A DNA stretch of 64,000 nt from Histomonas meleagridis 2922-C6/04-290x (taxonomy: Eukaryota; Protista; Parabasalia): NCBI GenBank assembly GCA_020184695.1, contig JAANOX010000213.1, forward strand, positions 1,931 through 65,930, given 5' to 3'. The position numbers and the translations under genes are program-made. This document shows positions 49,455 through 58,492 of the stretch, one piece after another; position 1 is the first letter of the stretch, and each line of letters starts with the position of its first letter. The notes beneath the pieces were generated by a model, which was not told where the DNA came from, ran no database searches, and worked only from the letters and a program-made list of their open reading frames with translations.

Positions 49455-51617
49455 ATGCTTAAAGCAAATTCTTCTTTAAAAAGATCATTTACGAGGATCA
49501 ACTTCAAAGATGTTTCTTTTTTAAGCATACCAATTTTCACAAATAACAAAATTTCATCATTTAACCATGTTCGTTATTTTTCAAAATCCATAAAATCACA
49601 AGATCGCAATTGCAACAACAAAAATAGTCAAGATAACATTGAAGAACTAAGGAAAAAAGCTGACGCTGGTGATATTAAAGCGCAATATTTAGTTGGAAAA
49701 AAGTATTACGATCAAAGAAAATATAATGAAGCTGCTAAGTACTTTAAGCTAGGTACCGACCAAAAAGATCTCGAATGTACAAATTCCTATGCAATATGTC
49801 TCATAATGGGTGATGGTGTTAAGCAAGATTTTGATATGGCAGCAAAATTATTTAAAGAATGCTCTGACAAAGGACACAAGGAGAGTCAGTTTTTCCTTGG
49901 TTTTTGTTATCAAGTTGGTAAAGGTGTTCCTCTTGATCTTGAAGCTGCCACTAAATATTACAAAATGTCAGCAGACCAAGGTTATGTTGATGCCATTTCA
50001 GTTTATGCAGCATGCCTTGCACGTGGTCAAGGAGTTAAAGCCAATAAAGAAGAAGCAGCTAAGTACTTCAAAAAAGCAGCCGATATGGGGCACCCTCAAT
50101 CCCAATATTACTATGGTGTTCTCTGTCAAAACGGTGATGGGGTACCCTGTGACCAGCAAACAGCAATAAAATATTTTAAACTTGCTGCAGATCAAAAAAA
50201 TGTTGATGCACAATATACTTATGCCTGTATTCTTGCAACTGGTAATGGTATTGCACGAAATCCCACTGAAGCTACTCGTTATTTTGGACTTGCAGCATCT
50301 TCTGGACATCCTGATGCATCATTCAATTATGCTATTGCTTTGATTAATGGTCAAGGAATTGAGAAAAATGAAAAAGATGCAGTAAAATATTTCAAGCGCG
50401 CTGCTGACTTTGGTAATGTTCAAGCAATGTATTCATATGGAATGATCATGGCTGAAGGTACTAAAGATATTCAACCAGACATTCAAAAAGCAGTTGAATA
50501 TCTTAAGAAAGCAGCAGACAAAGATCATCCTGAAGCATGTAATTCATATGGTGAACTTTTAGCATCTGGTAATGGTGTTAAAAAGAATCAAGAAGAAGCT
50601 GAGAAATATTTTAAGAAATCGGCTGACCTTAATTCTATTGCTGGTATTACGAATTATTCTAATTGTTTATTTGAGAAGAAACATTATTCTGAGTGTGCTG
50701 CATATCTTAAGCGAGGATCAGAACTTGGAGATCCACGTCTTCAATATAACTATTCTCTTTGCTTTAAAAATGGCTATGGTGTCGTCAAAGATGAAGCAAA
50801 AGCTCTTGAATATATGAAAAAGGCAGCTGATTCAGGCTTTACAACAGCTCAAAACGATTATGCTGTTTCTCTAATGAATACTAATCCAACAGAATCCATT
50901 AAATACTTCAAAAAAGCATCCGATAAAGGTGATGTTGTTGCAAACTTTAATTTAGCACTTATATATTCACGTGGTGATGGTGTTCCAATTGACAAAAAGA
51001 AAGCATATGAATATATGAAAATGGCAGCTGATAAAAGTCATGCAGAAGCAATTCTTCAATGTGCAATATGGTCTATGGATGGATATTTAGGTGAACCAAA
51101 TTATGATGAAGCTTTCAAATATGCAAGTCTTGGCGCAAATATGGGAAATAGTGTTTGTCAATTCATTTTAGGTAATATGTATTTTAATGGAATAGGAATT
51201 AAAAAGAATTTAAGTGAAGCTGTTAAATATTATAAAATGGCTTCTGATCAAGGTCAACCAGATGCTATGTATAATTATGCTTATTTCTTATATTCCGGAT
51301 TTGAAGTTAAAAAAGATGATAAGGAATCTGCAAGATTAATAAAGAAAGCAGCTGAAATGGGACATACAATGGCTATGGGTACATACGCATATTACTTAAA
51401 AGAAGGTATAGGTATGGAAAAAAATGAGAAAGAAGCATTTAAATATATGAAAATGGCAGCTGATAATGGAGAACCTGATGCTATTTATAATTTGGCTCTT
51501 TATTATTTTAATGGAATTGGAACTAAACCTGACCAAGAAAAAGCTGTCGAATATATGAAAAAGGCAGCTGAAGCGGGTCAACCTGATGCAAAAAAAGCAT
51601 TAGAAACAAATAAATAA
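49455..51617 (+). CDS. Sel1-like repeat protein (about 18 repeats) with a candidate organellar presequence
   Basis: Regular A..G...AQ..LG..Y..G.GV..D...A..YFKKAA repeats of ~36 aa; N-terminus MLKANSSLKRSF. Confidence 0.95.
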   Translation: MLKANSSLKRSFTRINFKDVSFLSIPIFTNNKISSFNHVRYFSKSIKSQDRNCNNKNSQDNIEELRKKADAGDIKAQYLVGKKYYDQRKYNEAAKYFKLGTDQKDLECTNSYAICLIMGDGVKQDFDMAAKLFKECSDKGHKESQFFLGFCYQVGKGVPLDLEAATKYYKMSADQGYVDAISVYAACLARGQGVKANKEEAAKYFKKAADMGHPQSQYYYGVLCQNGDGVPCDQQTAIKYFKLAADQKNVDAQYTYACILATGNGIARNPTEATRYFGLAASSGHPDASFNYAIALINGQGIEKNEKDAVKYFKRAADFGNVQAMYSYGMIMAEGTKDIQPDIQKAVEYLKKAADKDHPEACNSYGELLASGNGVKKNQEEAEKYFKKSADLNSIAGITNYSNCLFEKKHYSECAAYLKRGSELGDPRLQYNYSLCFKNGYGVVKDEAKALEYMKKAADSGFTTAQNDYAVSLMNTNPTESIKYFKKASDKGDVVANFNLALIYSRGDGVPIDKKKAYEYMKMAADKSHAEAILQCAIWSMDGYLGEPNYDEAFKYASLGANMGNSVCQFILGNMYFNGIGIKKNLSEAVKYYKMASDQGQPDAMYNYAYFLYSGFEVKKDDKESARLIKKAAEMGHTMAMGTYAYYLKEGIGMEKNEKEAFKYMKMAADNGEPDAIYNLALYYFNGIGTKPDQEKAVEYMKKAAEAGQPDAKKALETNK

Positions 51618-51896
51618 AATAATTTATATAAATATTTTTATGTTAAAAGAAAATGTTGTTATTTTAAAATGATTGAGTGTTAATCAGCTGATTATTAAAA
51701 ATTTAATTTTATTGAATAAAGTTAATATAATTAAAAATAAAATGAGATGGTCATATGATTATTTCTATTTTCAATTTGCATTCTTAATTCATATTTTTAA
51801 AATGAGAAAGAAAAAAAAAATTTGAGTCCGTTTATTTGATAACGTTCTCTTTTTCATCAAATTCATAAGACCACAAAAACAATTTAATTAAAAATT

Positions 51897-53996
51897 ATGC
51901 AAGAACATCATCATCGTCGTCGTCATCATCATCATAAAGAACCTGAAGAAACAATAGAAGAAAATGTTACTAATCCATGGACAGATCGTCCATATTCAGA
52001 AAATTATAAAACGATACTTAAACAACGTCGTAAATTACCAGTTTATGAATTTAAAGAAGAAGTAATTTCTACGGTTCAAAATAATAAAGTTACTATTATT
52101 GAAGGTAGTACAGGTTCAGGTAAAACCACACAAATTCCACAATTTTTATTAGAATCCAATATTATTAGTAATGACAAGAAAGTACTTTGTACACAACCAC
52201 GTCGTGTAGCAGCTATTAATGTTGCAACACGTGTTGCACAAGAAATGGATGTTTCACTTGGTAGTATTGTAGGTTATTCTGTTCGATTTGATTCACGTGT
52301 AAGTGAAAACACACGATTAATTTATATGACAGATGGACTTTTAATGAAAGAATTTATCCTTGATCCACAAATTCGACAATATGGTATAGTCATTATTGAT
52401 GAAGCACATGAACGTAATATTAATTCAGATATTATTCTTGGATTATTAAAACAACTTACAGAGATTCGAGCAGATCTTCATGTTGTAGTTATGTCAGCTA
52501 CACTTGAAGCACAAAAATTTACAAATTTTTTTGGTGGTGCACCACATTTAATAGTTCCAGGTCGACTTTATCCAGTTGATATTATTTATACGCAAGAACC
52601 AGTTAGTGATTATGTTGAATCAGCTATTACATATGCTATTAAAATTCATCGTGATGAACCATCTGGTGATATATTAATCTTTTTAACAGGTGAAGAAGAG
52701 ATTGAAACTGCATGTCAACGAATTCGTGAAGGTACACGTAATATAAATAGTAAATCTAAAATGTCTACATTAGTTTTACCACTTTATGCTTCATTACCAC
52801 CACGTGAACAACAATTAGTATTTTTACCACCTAAACATGATAATATTCGGAAAATTATAGTTTCGACGAATATCGCAGAAACTTCAGTTACTATTGATGG
52901 AGTTGTTTATGTTATTGATCCAGGTTTTGTTAAACAATCACAATATCAACCAGATCGTCGAATGTTTGCATTACTTGTCACCCCTATTTCACAAGCAGCA
53001 GCTAATCAACGGAGTGGTAGAGCAGGACGAACTCGTCCAGGAAAATGTTATCGTTTATATACTGAATCTTCATATAATAATCAATTAGAGAAACAAACAA
53101 TTCCAGAAATTCAACGGACAGATCTTTCATCAGTAATCTTAACTATGCTTGCTACAGGTATTAAAGATATTATTCATTTTCCTTTTATAGATGCACCACC
53201 TCAAACACAATTAGCAGTAGCTATTCAAGAATTATATCATTTAGGAGCAATTAATAATAACGCAGAACTTACAGAGATCGGAAATTTAATGGCCGTTTTA
53301 CCAGTTGAACCTAAACATGCTAAATCTTTAATAGCATCTAAGAAATTCGGATGTACGAATGAAATGTCTACATTAATAGCTATTCTTTCAGAACAAGGAC
53401 AAATATTTCTACGTCCACGTGATAAAGTTACTAAAGCAGATGCAGCACATTCACAATTTAAAAGTGGTTATGGAGATCATATTTCATTAATTAATGTTTA
53501 TGAAGAATTCGTTAATAATGGTAGTGATAAAAAATGGTGTGAAGATAATTTCATTAATTATAAAGTATTATCACGTGCAGAAAGATCACGAAATCAACTT
53601 ATTTCTTTGTTACAAAAATTTAATATCGAAATCGTATCTATTTCAAGAGCAAATGTTGACCGAGAGCGTTTAATATTACGAGGTTTACTTGAAGGACTTT
53701 TTATGCAAATCGCAATGTTAAATGAATCCACAGGAAGTTATTTACAAATTGATAATCCTAAAGAAGCGTTTATTCATCCTTCTTCTTGCTTAAGAAGGAA
53801 ACCTCAATGGATCGTTTATAGTGATTATGTGTTCACAACAAAAGCTTATTTAAGAAATGTCTCAGAAATTCAACCTGAATGGTTATTAGAAGCTTCCCCG
53901 TCATATTTCGATCCTAATAATCTCCCAGAAGGTCAAATAAAACGAGCATTAATCAATGAAAAAGTTAAAGAACAAGAAAGAAATAGATTTAAATAA
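51897..53996 (+). CDS. PRP43: DEAH-box RNA helicase, Prp43/DHX15-like
   Basis: NPWTDRPYS..ILKQRRKLPV (DHX15-like lead-in), GSTGSGKTTQIPQ, TQPRRVAA, DEAH, SAT, STNIAETSVTIDG, QRSGRAGR, then HA2 and OB-fold regions. Confidence 0.9.
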   Translation: MQEHHHRRRHHHHKEPEETIEENVTNPWTDRPYSENYKTILKQRRKLPVYEFKEEVISTVQNNKVTIIEGSTGSGKTTQIPQFLLESNIISNDKKVLCTQPRRVAAINVATRVAQEMDVSLGSIVGYSVRFDSRVSENTRLIYMTDGLLMKEFILDPQIRQYGIVIIDEAHERNINSDIILGLLKQLTEIRADLHVVVMSATLEAQKFTNFFGGAPHLIVPGRLYPVDIIYTQEPVSDYVESAITYAIKIHRDEPSGDILIFLTGEEEIETACQRIREGTRNINSKSKMSTLVLPLYASLPPREQQLVFLPPKHDNIRKIIVSTNIAETSVTIDGVVYVIDPGFVKQSQYQPDRRMFALLVTPISQAAANQRSGRAGRTRPGKCYRLYTESSYNNQLEKQTIPEIQRTDLSSVILTMLATGIKDIIHFPFIDAPPQTQLAVAIQELYHLGAINNNAELTEIGNLMAVLPVEPKHAKSLIASKKFGCTNEMSTLIAILSEQGQIFLRPRDKVTKADAAHSQFKSGYGDHISLINVYEEFVNNGSDKKWCEDNFINYKVLSRAERSRNQLISLLQKFNIEIVSISRANVDRERLILRGLLEGLFMQIAMLNESTGSYLQIDNPKEAFIHPSSCLRRKPQWIVYSDYVFTTKAYLRNVSEIQPEWLLEASPSYFDPNNLPEGQIKRALINEKVKEQERNRFK

Positions 53997-54062
53997 AAAA
54001 ATAATAGAATTCGTTTATATTTAATTTTTATTGTGTCAATGAAAATTGTATGAAAATGTGAA

Positions 54063-55787
54063 ATGTCAAATCCAACAAAAATATTTTTGAATAAAACAAA
54101 AGAATTTCAAGTTGATTCAACAAGATTAATTCCAAAAGAAGTAATTTTTCAAGCAGGTGTTATAAAAGTCGAGAAATTAATTGATTCTAAAACTCAACAA
54201 AAATTAATATCTCATGTTTTACCTTTAAATGGATTTAATTCTCAATCACTTTATGAGTTTTTGCGAATAATTTATAGTTTACATAATTTTAAATTTGAAG
54301 GTTTACTTCCACTTTATGGTATTTCGTCAGATTCACAAACATTACAAATTTTATATTATGATGATTTTGACCTTAATATTGTTAAATTAGATTTACTTTC
54401 AGAACAACAAATAAATCAGTTACTTAAAACAACAGCAAGTATTATTAATTTTCTTCATTCAAATAACTTTCAACATTTACGTATTAAATCATCATCTATA
54501 TTTACTAAAGATTCGAATACTTTCTTTATTGGATGTATTCAACCACTTTCACTCATTGATTTAGAAAAAGAAGATCTTTATCTTCCATTCTATAAACAAC
54601 CACTTCAAGCGCGTGATGTTTTTATGTTTGGCCTTCTTATAATAGAAATTCTCAATAAAAAAACACAAAGTGAACTTCTTGATGAACTTTGGAGATTTCA
54701 AGAAATAATAAATGATGATACACCTTTAAAATCTTTAGCACATCAATGTATTTCACATAACTATAAAACGCGTCCAACTTCTTTCCAAATTAATAATTTC
54801 TTTAACGGTCACGAGACAGAAAAAGTCGAAATTTTGGAGCACTCCGAATTCGACCGTTTATTCACTGAAACAACAACAACAATTATCAATTTACTTATTC
54901 AAGGTTATCTTTATACTCAAGCAAAAGAAATAAATAAAGCTATTTCTATATATCAAAATCCACTTCTTCAAAATACAGCACATTCATATAATAATATTGG
55001 CATGTTATATTTAAACATTGATAAACATAAATCATTTGAATATTTTCTTAAAGGTGCAGAAATGAATTATGCGATTTCACAATATAATGTAGGACTTTGT
55101 TATCTTAAAGGGATTGGTACATCAAAAGATATTGCACAATCACAACATTTTCTTGAGTTATCAGCTAATCAAAGTTACACCGAAGCAATTTGGGAATATT
55201 CAGGTCTTATGCGTAATATTAATCTTTATATTAGTTCCAAATATTTACGTATTGCAGCACGTAAAACAAAACCTGAAGCGATTCATATGTATGGATTAGC
55301 AATTGAATCAGGTATAGGTTTAGATGATGACAAATCACTTGACTATTTTAAAGTTGGAGTTGAAAATGATTATCCACAATCGATTAATAATTATGCGTCA
55401 CGTATAGAATCAAAAGATCCTCAACTTGCAAATCAAATGTGGAAACATGTTGCAGAAATGGGATTGAAACATGGACAATTTAATTATGGAGTTTCACTTA
55501 TAATTGGACGCGGATGTGAACCGAATTATAAAGAAGGTGCAAAATGGTTACGTTTGTCTTCAGATCAAATATATTCACGTTCGATGTTCGATTATGCACA
55601 ATTATTAAAAAATGGTAAAGGCGTGGAAAAAGATGAAAAAGCTGCAGATGAAATGTGTATCAAAGCAGGAAAAGTGAAATTTTTTGAGCAAATTAAAGCA
55701 CAAGAAATACAAGACAAATTAAAGGAATTAATGGATACATTTAAAGAAGGAGAAAAAAGAGATAAAATGAAAAATGATAATAAATAA
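54063..55787 (+). CDS. Degenerate kinase-like domain plus Sel1 repeats
   Basis: FLHSNNFQHLRIKSSSIF, DVFMFGLLIIEIL, LAHQCISHNYKTRPTSFQI; C-terminal SQYNVGLCYLKGIGT-type repeats. Confidence 0.85.
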   Translation: MSNPTKIFLNKTKEFQVDSTRLIPKEVIFQAGVIKVEKLIDSKTQQKLISHVLPLNGFNSQSLYEFLRIIYSLHNFKFEGLLPLYGISSDSQTLQILYYDDFDLNIVKLDLLSEQQINQLLKTTASIINFLHSNNFQHLRIKSSSIFTKDSNTFFIGCIQPLSLIDLEKEDLYLPFYKQPLQARDVFMFGLLIIEILNKKTQSELLDELWRFQEIINDDTPLKSLAHQCISHNYKTRPTSFQINNFFNGHETEKVEILEHSEFDRLFTETTTTIINLLIQGYLYTQAKEINKAISIYQNPLLQNTAHSYNNIGMLYLNIDKHKSFEYFLKGAEMNYAISQYNVGLCYLKGIGTSKDIAQSQHFLELSANQSYTEAIWEYSGLMRNINLYISSKYLRIAARKTKPEAIHMYGLAIESGIGLDDDKSLDYFKVGVENDYPQSINNYASRIESKDPQLANQMWKHVAEMGLKHGQFNYGVSLIIGRGCEPNYKEGAKWLRLSSDQIYSRSMFDYAQLLKNGKGVEKDEKAADEMCIKAGKVKFFEQIKAQEIQDKLKELMDTFKEGEKRDKMKNDNK

Positions 55788-56202
55788 ATATAAATTTGTT
55801 TTATATTTATATTTTCTTAAATTTAAATATTATGATCCTTAAAATTCTTTTGTTTTTAAATGATATTCTTTTTGATTTATAGTTTAATTTATCAAATATC
55901 GTATAAAATTTAATCTGATTTTCATTTTATTTGATTTAAATACTTAATTCGAATAAATAGAATTTAATATTATTTATTAAGGAAAAGATTATACCATATT
56001 TAAATCCACTCTTCAAACAAAATATATTGAATTTGAAAGATAACTTATATACTTCCTTTTTAGTATAATGTATGATATTGTTCATTTTGTCAATAAAAAT
56101 TTGGTTTTATGTGCTGGAGATTGTTATCATCTAAAATCTTTTGTTATGTAGAGTTAGATGAATTCTTTGCATTTATATGAAAAATTTATTACAATAATTT
56201 TT

Positions 56203-58228
56203 TTAGTAAAAGAAAGTGAACTTCTTCTTCTTATGCACTAAGGAATGCTTAATAAATAAATTACTTATTTCTTTGATGCCTAAACTCTTTGCAATTTCAA
56301 ATGCTGTTCTATATATTTTCAAAAAAATTCCAAATATTTATAAAAATTATTAAATAATGAATATAAATATTAAAATAATTTGATAAATATCTTTAGCATT
56401 AGCATCAATTTCTTTTTGTTCAAGAAGCAACTGAACTATTTTTTTGTTACCATTTATACAAGCATACATAAGTGCTGTATTAAATAAATTTAATGTTTTC
56501 CAAAAATTATTTTGATATTAAATATTACTAAATCATATATGAAATAAAATAAGAAAATATTTTTAGCATTAATATCAATACCTTTTTGTTGTATAAGTAA
56601 TCTTCCAATATCAGGTTTATATTTTATTGCTGATAAAATAAGTGCTGTATTAAATATTTTATATAATTTCCAAATATTATTATGAATTATTAAAATAATA
56701 AAATAAGCATTAAAACAATTTGAAAAATATCTTTAGAATTAATATCGATTCCTTTTTGATAAAGAAGGAATTTAACAATTTCTATATTATTAGTAGATGC
56801 ATGCATAAGTGCTGTTTGTAATAATTTAAATAAATTCCAATTGTTATATTAAAACATTACAAAATTGAATCAAATTTCAAATAAAACAATGAAACATCTT
56901 TAACATTAATATCAATTATTTTCATATCTAGGAGAAATTTTAATATATCTAGATATCCATTTTTAGAAGCATTGAAAAATGCTGTTTTAAATATATTTAT
57001 TAAATTCCAAATAATAATTAGGATTATTAAAACATTTTAACAAAAATTAAATAAAGTTAAAAAACATTTAAATCATCTGAATTAATAAATCCATTATTAA
57101 TAAGGTAATCAAACAAATCTTTATTTCCAGAAAATGTTGAGATATCCAAAATATTTAATTTAATTGGATTTTTTTCAAGAAAATGTTGTACTATAAATAA
57201 ATTACCTTTTTTTATTGATTCAAGAATAAGAGAATCATTAATTTTCATCCCCACCTTTTCTAAAAATAAAAGAACCTCATAATTGTCATGAAAAATACAT
57301 TTAATTCCTAATTCTTCTAAATTATTAATCTCTTCTAATTTGTTATCATAAATATATTTAAAGATAGCATTTCGATGAAATATAATTGCTGCTTCATATG
57401 CACCATCAAATGATGAATGATTTTGTTCACATAAATGAATTATCTCTAAGTTCCCACCTGCAATTGCATATTTACCTGTGTCTATTAAATGTGATCCATT
57501 CATAAGTAAATATTTAAAACATTTAACTGAAGAAAAAAATGCTGCATAATCAACCAATAAAATATTATCTTGATTAATAAATGCACATTTTTCATATTGC
57601 GATGGTTTAATAAATTTATTAAAATCAAAATCACTTTGTGATGATATTTCTTGAAGTTTTTCTATTTCATCATTTCGAATTATTTTTGAGATTTCATTAG
57701 GATTAATTCCTTCATCAACTAATTTCTTATGAAGTTCCCAATCATTAGCTTTGAGAATTGAGTCACCAATCATAAAATAAGGGTCTGGTTTATGAGATAT
57801 AAATAAATAACTTTCTTCAATACCCCTATGAATAAAATATGGTGTTCTCTTAATTTTACAAATTTCTGAATTAGCAAATCCATTTTTAATCATTTTTTCA
57901 AGAAGATAATTTGATTCTTGAGTTTGATTGATTAAAAGAAGTTGTACAAAAATTTCGATCACTTTGTTATGAGAAATATTTTTGTTTTTACTTTCTTCTA
58001 TTTCAAGTTCTTTTAAATATATTTAATACAAAAATAATCATGATATCTTGCTTCAAAGTATGAATATAATAAGTTACACACTATAATATTAAATGATAAC
58101 GGTGATTCTTTATAAAAATAATTTAATGATGATTTTACTGATTCATTAATATTATCTAAGCTTAATTCAAAAATAATTTGTGTAAGGCATTGCAACATTT
58201 GTAAATTTTCCTTATATTTCGTGGCCAT
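56203..58228 (-). CDS. DUF3447-ankyrin repeat protein, interrupted by five 68-69 nt inserts plus 5' frameshifts
   Basis: NPNEISKIIRNDEIEKLQ, LVDYAAFFSSVKCFKYLLMN, YAIAGGNLEIIHLCEQ; downstream repeats TAFFNASKNG, TALMHAS, TALILSA, TALMYACING and TAFEIA are readable once the inserts are removed. Confidence 0.8.
56320..57065 (-). other. Five fixed-length intervening sequences: 57065-56998, 56895-56828, 56728-56661, 56558-56491 (68 nt each), 56388-56320 (69 nt)
   Basis: Counted by hand from the codon after N/D of the ankyrin hairpin to the resumed K/N-x-(F/L/Y)-x-T. Exact breakpoints can slide a few nt; length does not. Confidence 0.85.
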
Positions 58229-58492
58229 ATATTATTATCTGATTTGAAAAATAATATTTATTAAAAAAGTGACCTAAAAATTAAATAAATTCAAAAAAAA
58301 CAACGCATTTAATATTCACTATATAATATTTGATGAATAAATTAATTTGCTTATGTGATTTCCTATATTTTTATGGAAAATTTTTTGAAATCAAGAGATG
58401 GATTAATGAATTATTGATATTTTTATAAATATAAAGAAAGGTTTCATGATTGAATTCATTAATTAATAAACGTTCTATTTTCAATATTTTGA

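Noticed and set aside
51897-53996. Functional link between Prp43 and the nearby non-canonical inserts
   Set aside because: Only proximity supports it; eukaryotic gene neighbourhood is not evidence of a shared pathway.
49810-55299. Short alternative-frame ORFs inside the Sel1, helicase and kinase genes (and likewise inside the giant gene)
   Set aside because: Shadow frames of long codon-biased ORFs with no independent features.
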